Below, piece after piece: positions 45,427-55,972 of a stretch of 64,000 bases of DNA (position 1 is the first letter of the stretch; the number at the start of each line of letters is the position of its first letter). The DNA is from an uncultured Candidatus Saccharibacteria bacterium (GTDB lineage: Bacteria > Patescibacteriota > Minisyncoccia > Phycocordibacterales > JAKFXT01). The DNA lies in the NCBI GenBank assembly GCA_964385825.1, contig CAYLPX010000002.1, positions 1,281 to 65,280 of the forward strand, written 5' to 3'. Made by a program: the position numbers and the translations under genes. The notes beneath the pieces were generated by a model. It saw nothing but the letters and a program-made list of their open reading frames with translations. It was not told the origin of the DNA and did no database searches.

Positions 45427-46923
45427 CTATTTTATCTCCTGCCAATACAAGGTTTGATACTGATCAGAGAGTAGTGGGAAAGAAGGCGGTGGGCTATAAA
45501 GCAGATTAGGATCGTAGTAAGAAATCTGTGTTTGATACCCACTTATAATGGTTCCATTATTATCCCAAGCAAAACCACCACTTTGATTCGTTGCCTGCAT
45601 CCCATAAAGCGTTAGTAGCGTTCGCAAATCTGTCTGGCAACTATTTGAGCCATAGTAATATCGGCCTATCCATTCATTTTGAGCAATCATAGCAGCATCG
45701 ATACGCATCGTATCAGCACTGCGGAGTCCTATGAGCACTTTTCCCTGTGCAATAAGTGCGATTGTATCCTGACCGTCGGTATTGGTATACCGCAAATTAT
45801 CATTAACAATAATATTCGTATAAGTAGCACTACTTACTGGGAACCTTCCAGAAGCAATCGTAACTCGAGCAGAATTTATAGTCCCGTCAACCCACACATG
45901 ATCTTCAAAAAACATAACTCCATTTGAAGGAAAGGCGTAATTACCAAGTAATGTTTGTGCCCCACCTGTTGTTCCAACACTCCAAGAACCCCACCCAGGC
46001 TGACTACTAGAATTGGAACTATTGGAACATCCATTGCCCGGGTTAACTAAACTATTAACCTTATAAAGATCGAAAGTATCATTGGTCTTTAAAACAACGT
46101 GATACCCCGCCACCCCGGAAGAAGCTCGATAGAAACCGGCTGCTTGTGCTTTTGTTTTATAATCCTGCAGGTTATTAGTAATACCGCTGAAATCGACCGC
46201 AGGAACTGGAAATTGTCGACCCCCCACAAACACATCACTACGCGAAGGAACTGGATTAGGAGGGGCCTCAAGAGGGCGGAAACTCTGAACCGTAGAAGCT
46301 CCTCCTGGTGGAGGATTCCTGTGCGTATGTACAGCAAATTCTTTGTTCGTATCATTGTGTACAGGATCGTCATAGGAGGAAATTGCGCTTGAAACCGTGT
46401 TGTAAGCAATACCGTCAACCCTTACTCCTGAATTACTGTGTACCGGCCCATATATTGTTTCCGATATTCCAAACCAAATCCCTGCATTTGATACTGCTGC
46501 GTATTTTGCCCATGAGGGTTTTGCGAATTGTACTTCAACCGTACGAGTAGCCCCCGTATCAGCAAAAACTTCCCCCTTAGATCGAACAGTTACTTTAGTT
46601 GATCCAATAGAAGGAGGCGTGATAGTTAATGTGTAGCGTCCAATAGTAGCACCATAGAGATCAAGAAATGAGTGAACATAGGGACCCGCCGCCCCCGTTC
46701 CATCCTGATAGTCTGTTGGCGCATGGGCTAAATGCCAACGATAGTAATCAATTCCTGCTTCAGCTATTTGAAATGCCTGCTCTCTATAGAGAGCATGTTT
46801 GGCTGAGCGTACTGATACACCAGCCCAACCAATGAGTGCAGTTAGAGCTAGAACTGCAATACCAGCAAACACCAATGTCTGCAGTAGCATGAAACCTCTC
46901 TGCTTTGAAATTTTTGTAAACAT
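45427..46923 (-). CDS. large prepilin-like (pseudopilin) protein
   Basis: 498 aa. The N-terminus KQRGFMLLQTLVFAGIAVLAL resembles a class III (type IV pilin) leader plus hydrophobic helix. Confidence 0.6.
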   Translation of the reverse strand: MFTKISKQRGFMLLQTLVFAGIAVLALTALIGWAGVSVRSAKHALYREQAFQIAEAGIDYYRWHLAHAPTDYQDGTGAAGPYVHSFLDLYGATIGRYTLTITPPSIGSTKVTVRSKGEVFADTGATRTVEVQFAKPSWAKYAAVSNAGIWFGISETIYGPVHSNSGVRVDGIAYNTVSSAISSYDDPVHNDTNKEFAVHTHRNPPPGGASTVQSFRPLEAPPNPVPSRSDVFVGGRQFPVPAVDFSGITNNLQDYKTKAQAAGFYRASSGVAGYHVVLKTNDTFDLYKVNSLVNPGNGCSNSSNSSSQPGWGSWSVGTTGGAQTLLGNYAFPSNGVMFFEDHVWVDGTINSARVTIASGRFPVSSATYTNIIVNDNLRYTNTDGQDTIALIAQGKVLIGLRSADTMRIDAAMIAQNEWIGRYYYGSNSCQTDLRTLLTLYGMQATNQSGGFAWDNNGTIISGYQTQISYYDPNLLYSPPPSFPLLSDQYQTLYWQEIK

Positions 46924-46924
46924 A

Positions 46925-47539
46925 TTAATAATTATCTTTAAGATTACGCAGTGAAACCTGACTTGAAACTACAATTGGAACGGGAGAACGATTGGGATCA
47001 TTGTCCAAAGTAACATCTATTTTAACTAGACGTACTGCAGCTATATCTACCGGCTGGGAAAGTGCCGCACTCGTTCCAGTATAATTTTTATCAAAATAGC
47101 TAAAAATTGAAGTTCCATTAACGACATTACTAATAACCGTTGATGTAGTACTCGCATTTTCATTGTATGCAAGTGGGGCACCAGTTGGCTTAAGCACTGC
47201 TTTTTTAAGTGTTTTCCCATCAGAAGCTATGTAGTATTGAACCTCCTCTTTGACTCCATCACCTTCAAGATCACTAAAAAATCGCACCCGGGTGGGTAGT
47301 GTTTCTATAATTGGGTACGAACCTGTATTGGAGATAGAAGCTGTACGGAGCTCCTTTACTATCTGACGAAGCACTACGCGTGCATTCTCCTGGGCAGACA
47401 AAGAGCCACTCAATGTTGCATTTAATGAAAAAACATCCTTACTAAAAAGTGTAATGACGTTAAAAAGTATAACAACGAGACCAACACTTAGAAGTGTTTC
47501 AAGTAATGTAAAACCTTTTTTGAGTACGATTTTTTTCAT
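46925..47539 (-). CDS. type IV pilin-like protein (prepilin N-terminal cleavage/methylation domain)
   Basis: MKKIVLKKGFTLLETLLSVGLVVIL: the G/FTLLE prepilin peptidase site. Confidence 0.7.
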   Translation of the reverse strand: MKKIVLKKGFTLLETLLSVGLVVILFNVITLFSKDVFSLNATLSGSLSAQENARVVLRQIVKELRTASISNTGSYPIIETLPTRVRFFSDLEGDGVKEEVQYYIASDGKTLKKAVLKPTGAPLAYNENASTTSTVISNVVNGTSIFSYFDKNYTGTSAALSQPVDIAAVRLVKIDVTLDNDPNRSPVPIVVSSQVSLRNLKDNY

Positions 47540-47543
47540 AGGG

Positions 47544-49349
47544 CTAATTTACTTGTAGCGGGACATCAAGGTTCTGCCGAGTTGACGAGATGGTAAGGGT
47601 ACCGGTAAAGGTTTGATACCCTGTTCTTGTAATAGTATACGAGTAATTCCCACTTGAAAGGTTAGTAAACAGTACTTGCCCAGGTGGCACGCAGGCTGAG
47701 GTAAAGGTAAATGAAACATCCGAAATTGTTGGTGTTTTACTAGTATCGTCAGTTGCTAAAAACATTTTATATCGTAAATATCGATCTCCATTGTGAGACG
47801 TAGAAATATTTTGGTTACTTGCACTGTAGTATGTACCAGAAGTTCCATCAGGTCCCTTGTAGACCCATGTGGCATTATCATTGTTGGTGGCAATCTGAAA
47901 CCGCACACTATTTAACCCTACACCCTGTGGTTGCGAACCAGGGTTCCATAATAACTGGTGGAAATTACTAGCTGAACCTGTATCAAAAGTTGAAGATGTT
48001 AATACTCCAGAGGATTGATATATACCTAGAATTGATTTCAAACTAACCACCCCTGGCGTTGCTATATATTCAACATTGCCATCTGAACTCAAGAATTTGG
48101 TTTCATCATTGGCAAAATTAGTTTGACTATCTCCCCCCGACCAATCTGTTTGCTTAAGAAAGCCCCGGTCTGTGATAAAAGACTGATTGTATTCATCATT
48201 ATCGGTTAAATTAACTGTAGCATCAGTAAGTGGAAGTCCTGTAGCGGCATCTTTCACGGTAACCAAAAGTGCATTGGGGTCTTTCGCTTGAACTACCAAA
48301 GTTACATTTTGAGTACTATTCGGTGCCAGGTTTACCGGAAGCGGTGAAATAGTTCCCGCCAAGTCATATGCGGTATCCAAAAAATTTACATTATATGTAT
48401 CCCATTCAAGACTTGAAAGAGTTTTAAGTCCTCCACTGTCAGTAACAAAATTATTATTATATTTGTAAACCGTACTCCCACTATTAGTCCCCTTAACCTT
48501 AGCCCCCGTAAGATTAAAATTGATATTCCCCACAGGAGCACAGTTACTCTTTACGCTATTAACATTAATGGTACTTGTTTTATCAATAAAGAAACTATTT
48601 TGAGTTACCTGCTGTACGAGCACAGTTGAATCGGGGTTAGCGGGATTGCTAAGACCAACACCATTTAAGGGATATGTCTGGTCCGTTGAGTAGCCAGCCT
48701 TACTCACCACGACATGATACCCATTAGCTGCAGGTGGGGTATCAATAAGATCGTACAAACCATTGGTGTCAGTTACGTCGCTAATAGAAATCCCGGCAGC
48801 TGTGTTAGTGATTAAAACATTGGCATTACTGACCGGAGTGCCATTAGCATCAAATGCACGTATAAAAAGTGATCCATTAGTTGAAGCAGCTTCTACATCT
48901 TTAGGGTTAATTCGACCGGTAAAGGTCATTGGCTGAAAATTAACACAGGTTGAACACCCAATAATAATTTCCATCTCTTTGTAGTCCGCCGGTGAAGTAT
49001 CATTCGGAACACCTCCCGCTACACCATCAAAAGGATCGTCCATATTCTGAATACTAGTAGTAGCTTGAAAGGTAACGCCATCACGCACCAATGTTTGGGT
49101 TCTAGAAAGCACACCTGCTGGAACACCATTAATGAGTCCAACCGAGGCGTACGGTAGATTTCGGGCTATTTCAAACTGTTCATTAGCCAAGTTCGTTGCA
49201 GTAATTTTAACTCGTGAAATCCTCACAAGCTCAAGTGTTTTAGAGTATGTTGCATAAACTGATAGGGCAATGAAAAGAAATACTGCCGCCGAAATCAAGA
49301 CTTCAATCAGTGTCATTCCCTTTTGCCTATGTAACATGTGAAGATTCAT
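47544..49349 (-). CDS. large type IV pilin-like protein
   Basis: 601 aa. HRQKGMTLIEVLISAAVFLFIAL: the canonical G/MTLIE prepilin N-terminus. Confidence 0.7.
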   Translation of the reverse strand: MNLHMLHRQKGMTLIEVLISAAVFLFIALSVYATYSKTLELVRISRVKITATNLANEQFEIARNLPYASVGLINGVPAGVLSRTQTLVRDGVTFQATTSIQNMDDPFDGVAGGVPNDTSPADYKEMEIIIGCSTCVNFQPMTFTGRINPKDVEAASTNGSLFIRAFDANGTPVSNANVLITNTAAGISISDVTDTNGLYDLIDTPPAANGYHVVVSKAGYSTDQTYPLNGVGLSNPANPDSTVLVQQVTQNSFFIDKTSTINVNSVKSNCAPVGNINFNLTGAKVKGTNSGSTVYKYNNNFVTDSGGLKTLSSLEWDTYNVNFLDTAYDLAGTISPLPVNLAPNSTQNVTLVVQAKDPNALLVTVKDAATGLPLTDATVNLTDNDEYNQSFITDRGFLKQTDWSGGDSQTNFANDETKFLSSDGNVEYIATPGVVSLKSILGIYQSSGVLTSSTFDTGSASNFHQLLWNPGSQPQGVGLNSVRFQIATNNDNATWVYKGPDGTSGTYYSASNQNISTSHNGDRYLRYKMFLATDDTSKTPTISDVSFTFTSACVPPGQVLFTNLSSGNYSYTITRTGYQTFTGTLTISSTRQNLDVPLQVN

Positions 49350-49350
49350 A

Positions 49351-50571
49351 CTAAATATTAGAAAGTACTGAATAGGTAGGTGAGATCATGGCAACCGCAA
49401 AGAATCCAACTCCCGCACCAATGAAAAGCATAAGGAATGGCTCAATAATGGTTGAGAGATCTTTAGTCCTCTGATCAACTTCTGTTTCATAAAAAAGTGC
49501 AAGTTTAGCGAGCATATCAGCCAAAGCGCCTGTTTCCTCTCCTACACTCATCATTTCTCCCACAAGAATTGGGAAAATATTTTCGTGCCGCATGAACACA
49601 GCCGACATGGGGGCACCTTTCTCAATCTCTTTCTGTGCCTCATCGAGCACTTCCTTATAGTAAGTGTTATCAAGCACATCACGCGTAATGGTGAGCGCTG
49701 TCACCACCTCAACTCCCGCTTGAAGCAAGGAAGCTAAGGTACGAGAGGTTCGGGCTGCGTATGCTTCCTGTACAATTCCGCCAATGATTGGGAATCGTGG
49801 GGTTATGTAATCAAGCCCACGATTGCCCCATGTAGTTTTGGCCATTGAAATGAGGCCTGCGATACTTCCACCCAAAAGGAAGATGAAGAGGAAAAGGTGG
49901 TTTTTAAGAAAATCACTCACTCCAATAATTATTTTAGTGCTCGTTGGTAGTTGCACATTCAGTTCCTTAAACGTGGCTGTGAGTGATGGAACCACGAAGA
50001 TCATCATAAGCACTCCGATCAAAATCATGGCTGAAATAATAATGGCAGGATAAATCATTGCTCCTTTAATTTTCTTGATGAGCATGTAGGTTTTTTCCAT
50101 CTGATCAGCTACCACCACAAGTGTGTCGCTTAGTCCTCCACTCTCTTCACCTGCCCGCACCATAGAAACGAAAAGATTAGAGAAAATCTTCGGGAACTTA
50201 GCGAGTGCACTTGAAAAAGTTGCTCCCTTTCCTATTTCTTCGTTGATTTGCTGTAAAACAGTTTTAAATTTCTTATTCTTTGTTTGCCTTTCCATGATGG
50301 AAATCGCTCGCGAGAGAGCAAGTCCTGCAGCAAGCATAGCGGCGACATTGCGAGCAAAAGTAATACGATCTTGAAGTTTTACAGAACCAAGAAAGTTGTT
50401 TATTTTCTCCATGATCATATCAAGCCCCGCTTGATTGAGTTCATGAGAAGATACGAGACGCTGCCCGTCCTGACGCACCTGTTCATAGAGCGCTGTTTTA
50501 TTCGCCGCCTCAAGTGTTCGCGTTTCGATGGCCCCTTCTTTAGTTAGTACTTTTACTTCAAATTGCGCCAT
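49351..50571 (-). CDS. pilC: type IV pilus / type II secretion platform protein (GspF/PilC family)
   Basis: 406 aa. Two GspF repeats and three TM segments. Adjacent to the pilB ATPase. Confidence 0.85.
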   Translation of the reverse strand: MAQFEVKVLTKEGAIETRTLEAANKTALYEQVRQDGQRLVSSHELNQAGLDMIMEKINNFLGSVKLQDRITFARNVAAMLAAGLALSRAISIMERQTKNKKFKTVLQQINEEIGKGATFSSALAKFPKIFSNLFVSMVRAGEESGGLSDTLVVVADQMEKTYMLIKKIKGAMIYPAIIISAMILIGVLMMIFVVPSLTATFKELNVQLPTSTKIIIGVSDFLKNHLFLFIFLLGGSIAGLISMAKTTWGNRGLDYITPRFPIIGGIVQEAYAARTSRTLASLLQAGVEVVTALTITRDVLDNTYYKEVLDEAQKEIEKGAPMSAVFMRHENIFPILVGEMMSVGEETGALADMLAKLALFYETEVDQRTKDLSTIIEPFLMLFIGAGVGFFAVAMISPTYSVLSNI

Positions 50572-50572
50572 A

Positions 50573-52330
50573 TTATTCTGAATTAACTACACGAAGCACT
50601 TCCTCTATAGTAGTGAAGCCTTGCGCTGCCATAAAAATTCCATCCTCAAGCATGCTCATCATTTTCTCTTTCTTAGCCTGCGCTTCCAGCTCATCTGATG
50701 ACACCCCTTTAATGATAAGATCGCGAATAGCGGGTGACATTTTAAGCACCTCATGAATACTAACGCGTCCACCATACCCATCCTCACAATCCTTTGAAGG
50801 TTTGGCCTTAAAGAAAGGAACTTTTTCCCATGTTGTAGTGGGCCCAACAACTTTTTCTTCTCGCAGGAACCCGAGCACACGGTCCATGTCTACATTTTTT
50901 GCAAGTTGCGCCAACTCATCTTTATTCAAATAGTACTGCTCCTTGCTAGCACACAATCTACGTACCAATCGTTGTGCAATAATCACTTTAATAGTTGAAA
51001 CGAGTAGGAATGGTTCTACTTTCATATCAACAAGGCGCGGAATAGCTCCAGCAGCAGAGTTAGTGTGCAGTGTTGAAAGCACTAAGTGGCCAGTTAACGC
51101 CGCATTCACAGCCAAAGAAGCTGTCTCTTCATCTCGGATTTCACCCACCATGATAATGTCTGGGTCCTGACGTACGAGTGTGCGCAATCCCTGCGCAAAA
51201 GTAAAACCGATTTCTGGTTTTACCTGCGTTTGGTTAATACGCGCTACTTGATATTCAATAGGATCTTCAATAGTTGAAATATTAACGTCCGGTGTATTCA
51301 AAAGATCGAGCAGTGTATAAAGTGTTGTGGTTTTACCAGACCCTGTTGGACCAGTGGTTAGAATAAGTCCGTTGGCAAGACGCGTTGCTTCGTGCACTCG
51401 CTCGAGCCCTTCACCATGAAGTCCTAAACCTTCAAGCGAGAATCCTCCAGCATTCTCCTTAAGGAGACGCATTACCGTCTTCTCACCGAAGTAAGTAGGT
51501 AGCACAGAAACACGGAATGAAACCTTTTGTGAATCAGATTCTATTTTAAAGCGCCCATCTTGGGGGAGACGCTTTTCATCAAGCTTTAAATTAGAGAGAA
51601 CTTTAATACGGGCGGTAATAGAGTTCCCAGCACTTTTAGGGAGCACCATAGCGTCGCGAAGTATTCCATCTATGCGATACCGAATAAGTACCTGAGTTTC
51701 CATCGGCTCAATATGGATATCAGAAGCATCCTGCAAAATAGCATGATGCAGCAATGAGTCCACAATGCGCACAACTGGCAAATCTTCCGCTAACTTTTTA
51801 AGATCCGAGGCTGACTCTTCTCCCCCGCCAGTGTCTTCCACCAACGTCTTCAGCGAATCAGTTTCTTTTTGGATAATGTCACCAAACTCAGCCTTCAGAC
51901 TTTTCTGATACTGAAGTAACACACTCTTCATAGACTCCGTATCGGTAAGGCGAGGCAATACCTTAAGTCCCACCTTCTTTTTAACGAAATCAATAGCCCC
52001 CAAATCCTCTGCATCAAGCATCGCTACCTCTATAGAGTCCTCTGTCTTTCTGAAGGCAACAATATTGTGATTACGCGCAATAGGTTCTGGAATCAGCGTT
52101 AAAATATCAAAATCAATTTTTTGTCCCTTAAGGTTTACAAAAGGGATACCGAGAATATAGGCCTGCACACGACGCAGATCATCCTCTGACATCTTGCCTT
52201 CCGCGATTAAAATATGACCAACACTTTGATCACGTGCTATGGCCTCAGCTTCAGCTGCATCCAAATCAGTACGCGATACAAGTCCTGAATCAAGTATGAA
52301 CTCCTTTAGTTGATCATCTTTAATGTGCAT
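50573..52330 (-). CDS. pilB: type IV pilus assembly ATPase (GspE/PilB family)
   Basis: 585 aa; Walker A GPTGSGKTTT; N-terminal GSPII_E_N-like domains. Confidence 0.9.
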   Translation of the reverse strand: MHIKDDQLKEFILDSGLVSRTDLDAAEAEAIARDQSVGHILIAEGKMSEDDLRRVQAYILGIPFVNLKGQKIDFDILTLIPEPIARNHNIVAFRKTEDSIEVAMLDAEDLGAIDFVKKKVGLKVLPRLTDTESMKSVLLQYQKSLKAEFGDIIQKETDSLKTLVEDTGGGEESASDLKKLAEDLPVVRIVDSLLHHAILQDASDIHIEPMETQVLIRYRIDGILRDAMVLPKSAGNSITARIKVLSNLKLDEKRLPQDGRFKIESDSQKVSFRVSVLPTYFGEKTVMRLLKENAGGFSLEGLGLHGEGLERVHEATRLANGLILTTGPTGSGKTTTLYTLLDLLNTPDVNISTIEDPIEYQVARINQTQVKPEIGFTFAQGLRTLVRQDPDIIMVGEIRDEETASLAVNAALTGHLVLSTLHTNSAAGAIPRLVDMKVEPFLLVSTIKVIIAQRLVRRLCASKEQYYLNKDELAQLAKNVDMDRVLGFLREEKVVGPTTTWEKVPFFKAKPSKDCEDGYGGRVSIHEVLKMSPAIRDLIIKGVSSDELEAQAKKEKMMSMLEDGIFMAAQGFTTIEEVLRVVNSE

Positions 52331-52445
52331 AGAAAAAACAGAAGCCGATCACAAAGCAAACGTTTCCGTGACGACACTTCTTATACAAGAAGTATAACAG
52401 TAGAGTGCCGAAATATTTTCAAAAGTAATACACAACGCAAACTCC

Positions 52446-52853
52446 CTACCTTTTTATGTTACCTCTCCCACCAAAGAACATAATGAAAAGTAAAAAAAGT
52501 ACTGTAACAAAATAACTTCCTAACAACTTTGGCCAAACCAAGCTAAATGGCACAAGATCCTGATGCTGATAAAAAAAGAAAGATACTCCACCAAAAACAA
52601 GTGTTACTATAGCCACAATATGTGCTGCACCAAAATTAATTCCATGAGTTACTCCATACTGATAAGCGAGGGTGACCTCTTTGTGACTAAAAAATGGGAT
52701 GACTATTAAAACAAGCGTTATATATAAAATAAGGGGAATAACTACATATAAAAATATCGAGGCATACTCATTATTTCTAAAAAAAAGAATATGAAATAAG
52801 ACCAAAAAACAAAGTGGACCAAGAATTAATGAGCGGGCGGTACGTGTTTCCAT
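52446..52853 (-). CDS. hypothetical integral membrane protein
   Basis: 135 aa; four predicted TM helices; AT-rich. Confidence 0.4.
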   Translation of the reverse strand: METRTARSLILGPLCFLVLFHILFFRNNEYASIFLYVVIPLILYITLVLIVIPFFSHKEVTLAYQYGVTHGINFGAAHIVAIVTLVFGGVSFFFYQHQDLVPFSLVWPKLLGSYFVTVLFLLFIMFFGGRGNIKR

Positions 52854-53012
52854 GACTAAAGTATACCTTCTCTTAGTTTATACAGAGCATGTACCCACAG
52901 TTGACAACCACCCCTCTCTCTGCTATCGTATTCTCTGTTAGTGGTCAGTCCGGGTCTCCCCGGGCTTTTTTAATAGCCACTTTTCATACTATCTATATAT
53001 AAACCTAAACCT

Positions 53013-54173
53013 ATGTTTGATCTAAAAGTAATTAATTCAGTATTAGCTGAACTAGAACAAGAGCGTGGTATCCCTCGTGAAAGAATCATTGAGGCTATTG
53101 AAGCTGCCCTAGCTACCGCCTACCGTAAGGAGTACGGAAAGAAGGGGCAAATTGTTCGCGCCCACTTTGACCTTTCTGTAGGAGGAGTTGTTTTTGAACA
53201 AATTAAGAGCGTGGTTGATGAAACCCGAGTAAAAATGCCCGAGGAAGTAGAGGCCGAGATTTCAGGTGAGAAGGAAGTAGACCCAGAGGACTTCCGCCCT
53301 CGCTACAATGAAGACCACCACATCCTTATCGGAGATGCAAAGCGTATTAAGCGGGATGTTGAACTTGATGACGAAATTACCTTCCCCCTTGAAACTAAGG
53401 CTGACTTCGGTCGTATTGCTGCTCAAACTGCAAAGCAAGTTATTATCCAGAAAATCCGTGAAGCTGAGAAGACTGCTATGGTTTCTGAGTACGGTAAGAA
53501 AGAGGGTGAAATCGTCACTGGTACAGTAGAGCGTGTAGAGCGCGGTACCATTTTCCTAAACCTAGGCCGCGCTGTTGGACAGCTTGCCTATGAGGAACAG
53601 ATTCCAGGAGAGCGCTATAAGCAAGGAGAGCGCGTACGAGCCTACCTATACGCTATTGAAGAGAGTCCTCGTGGCGTATTCCTCAAGCTTTCTCGCTCAC
53701 ATCCTAAGTTTTTAACCAAACTTTTTGAGCAAGAGACCCCTGAGCTAGCAAGCGGCGTTGTAGAACTTAAGGCCATTGCCCGTGAAGCAGGTTCTCGCTC
53801 CAAAATTGCCGTACTCTCTAGCGACTCACATATTGATCCTGTTGGTTCTCTTGTGGGTCAGCGTGGGGTACGTGTATCTACTGTTATGAGTGAGCTTGGC
53901 GGCGAGAAGATTGATGTTATTGAGTGGTCCGAGGATCCAAAGAAGTTTATTGAGGATGCTCTCTCCCCTGCTAAAGTGCTTTCAGTTGAGACTGATATTG
54001 AAAACCACCAAGCAAAAGTAACCGTAACTGAGGACCAGCAGTCACTTGCAATCGGTAAGGGCGGACAAAATGTACGCCTCGCAGCAAAGCTGACTGGCTG
54101 GAGAATTGATATCACCTCCCTTGGAGGAGAGAATGTTGTCTCCGCTACCGAAGACGGTGCCGAATTAATCTAA
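53013..54173 (+). CDS. nusA: transcription termination/antitermination factor NusA
   Basis: 386 aa. N-terminal domain, S1 domain (GEIVTGTVERVERGTIFLNLG) and two KH domains (GSRSKIAV...GQRGVRV...; GKGGQNVRLAAKLTGWRIDI). Confidence 0.85.
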   Translation: MFDLKVINSVLAELEQERGIPRERIIEAIEAALATAYRKEYGKKGQIVRAHFDLSVGGVVFEQIKSVVDETRVKMPEEVEAEISGEKEVDPEDFRPRYNEDHHILIGDAKRIKRDVELDDEITFPLETKADFGRIAAQTAKQVIIQKIREAEKTAMVSEYGKKEGEIVTGTVERVERGTIFLNLGRAVGQLAYEEQIPGERYKQGERVRAYLYAIEESPRGVFLKLSRSHPKFLTKLFEQETPELASGVVELKAIAREAGSRSKIAVLSSDSHIDPVGSLVGQRGVRVSTVMSELGGEKIDVIEWSEDPKKFIEDALSPAKVLSVETDIENHQAKVTVTEDQQSLAIGKGGQNVRLAAKLTGWRIDITSLGGENVVSATEDGAELI

Positions 54174-54197
54174 ACTAATTTAGAAAGATCTAAAAAA

Positions 54198-54227
54198 GAA
54201 CCCCTCCCTGCTTGCAGGGAGGGGTTC
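54198..54227 (+). terminator. intrinsic terminator after nusA
   Basis: gaacccctccctgcttgcagggaggggttc followed by ttgcttc. Confidence 0.65.
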
Positions 54228-54288
54228 TTGCTTCTCCACTATTTAGACTATATATTAGCCTTATTATTTCTAATTCTAATTACATACT

Positions 54289-54813
54289 ATGAACTTGTGG
54301 CACGATATTGAACCTGGAACCCCCGAAGAGATGAATGTTATTGTCGAAATCAATAAAGGATCTAACAATAAATACGAAATTGATAAAAAAACTGGGCTTA
54401 TTGCCCTCGACCGCGTTTCTCACACCGCCCAAAGTTTTCCTTTCGACTATGGCTTTGTACCTCAAACTCTTTGGGAAGACGGGGATGCCCTTGATGTAAT
54501 CCTTTTAACTACATATCCCCTATTTCCTGGAGTATTAGTCCGCGCCCGTCCCGTCGCCATTATGCATATGGTTGATTCAGGTGAAGGAGATGATAAGGTC
54601 ATAGCCGTACCAGCAGACGATCCACGTTGGAATGACATTAAAGACCTGGCTGACGTCAACAAGCACACCCTCAAAGAAATAGAGCACTTCTACAGCACGT
54701 ACAAAAAACTACAAAACAAGGTAGTTGAAATTAAAGGCTTTAGTGGAAAAGACGAAGCAACAAAAGCTTTCCAAAAATCACTCACTCTCTACAAGGAAAA
54801 ATTCCAGAAATAA
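54289..54813 (+). CDS. ppa: inorganic pyrophosphatase (family I)
   Basis: 174 aa; EIDKKTGLIALDRV, DYGFVPQTLWEDGDALDVILL motifs. Confidence 0.85.
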   Translation: MNLWHDIEPGTPEEMNVIVEINKGSNNKYEIDKKTGLIALDRVSHTAQSFPFDYGFVPQTLWEDGDALDVILLTTYPLFPGVLVRARPVAIMHMVDSGEGDDKVIAVPADDPRWNDIKDLADVNKHTLKEIEHFYSTYKKLQNKVVEIKGFSGKDEATKAFQKSLTLYKEKFQK

Positions 54814-54958
54814 AAACGGTGAGCTAAGACCTGTTTTTATCCCCAACGCCTCTCCCTCACTTGTGAAGGAGAGGCGGTATACTTTACAGCAAGAGAAAGC
54901 TTTTTAGTTAGCTTTGGGCTTTTCTTTCTATTAGCTTATACAATTTAAAAAAATAATT

Positions 54959-55948
54959 ATGAACAAACGTACTGTATCGTTCCTCGTTGGAACAGCCCTT
55001 GCCAGCACCCTCACACTTGGTGCTGCTGGCCTTGTATTCGCGCAAGACAATGATGGTGCACTGCCCCCTCCAAATGAGGGTTCACGTCCACCACTACGTG
55101 GTCAAGTAAGAGATATTCAACAGCTAAAGAGAACTGATGTAGCTGGTATGCGCGCTTCAACCACCGCACAAATCAAGGGAATTCGTACTGACGCCCGTGG
55201 TGCCATTAAAAACGAGCGTGAAGATATGAAGGCGGCCATGATGAATGCCACCACAACCGATGCGCGCATGGGACTTCGTGACAAGCGCGACCAAATGCAT
55301 GAAGACATTCAAGATATTCGTCGTGCAGCCGTCGCTTCAACTACTGATCTCCGCCAAAAAATGCGCCTCGAGATAGAAGATCGCCGTGACGAGGCAAAAG
55401 ATGACATTATGGAAGCGGTACGTGAGCGCAACATGCGCCTTGCTAGTTCTACTGAAAAAATGATGCGTATGGGTAGTACCTCTCCTCGTATGAACACTGG
55501 AACCTCAACTGACGCTGAAAAAGCAAAGCGCGCTGCAAAAGCAGTAGAGCAAGCTGCAAAATTCGCCGCTCAAGCAGTAGATCGTATGGGCGCAGCGATT
55601 GACCGTATGAATACTATTGTTGCTCGTCTTCAAAGCCGTATAGATAAAGTAACAGCTGCTGGTGGCAACACCACAGCAGCTAAAGCAGCTCTTGCTGATG
55701 CTCAAACTAAAATAACAGCAGCAAAAGATGGTATTACCACTGTTTCAGCAACCTTTGCCGAAGTAGCGACCCTTAGTAACCCCAAGGATGGCGCTTCTAA
55801 AGTAGAAACTGCTATGAAAAATGAACAGGCTCTTATGAAAGCTGCACAAGATGCCCTTATGAAAGTAGTAGGAACTCTTATTGGCCAAAAGGGAGCTGAC
55901 ACACCAGCTACGCCAGTTACTACGGGAACCACCACTTCTTCGATTTAA
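54959..55948 (+). CDS. secreted low-complexity coiled-coil protein (Ala/Thr/Arg/Met-rich)
   Basis: 329 aa. Signal peptide MNKRTVSFLVGTALASTLTLGAAGLVFA. Repetitive helical body. Confidence 0.5.
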   Translation: MNKRTVSFLVGTALASTLTLGAAGLVFAQDNDGALPPPNEGSRPPLRGQVRDIQQLKRTDVAGMRASTTAQIKGIRTDARGAIKNEREDMKAAMMNATTTDARMGLRDKRDQMHEDIQDIRRAAVASTTDLRQKMRLEIEDRRDEAKDDIMEAVRERNMRLASSTEKMMRMGSTSPRMNTGTSTDAEKAKRAAKAVEQAAKFAAQAVDRMGAAIDRMNTIVARLQSRIDKVTAAGGNTTAAKAALADAQTKITAAKDGITTVSATFAEVATLSNPKDGASKVETAMKNEQALMKAAQDALMKVVGTLIGQKGADTPATPVTTGTTTSSI

Positions 55949-55972
55949 AAATTAATAATGTAATACACACGT

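Noticed and set aside
44579-45445. N-terminal extensions of the tpiA ORF (to 45445) and the PepE-like ORF (to 63909)
   Set aside because: The conserved protein N-termini (VVANWKMN; MKLLLTSAGL) start at internal Met codons. The upstream extensions run through terminator or repeat sequence.
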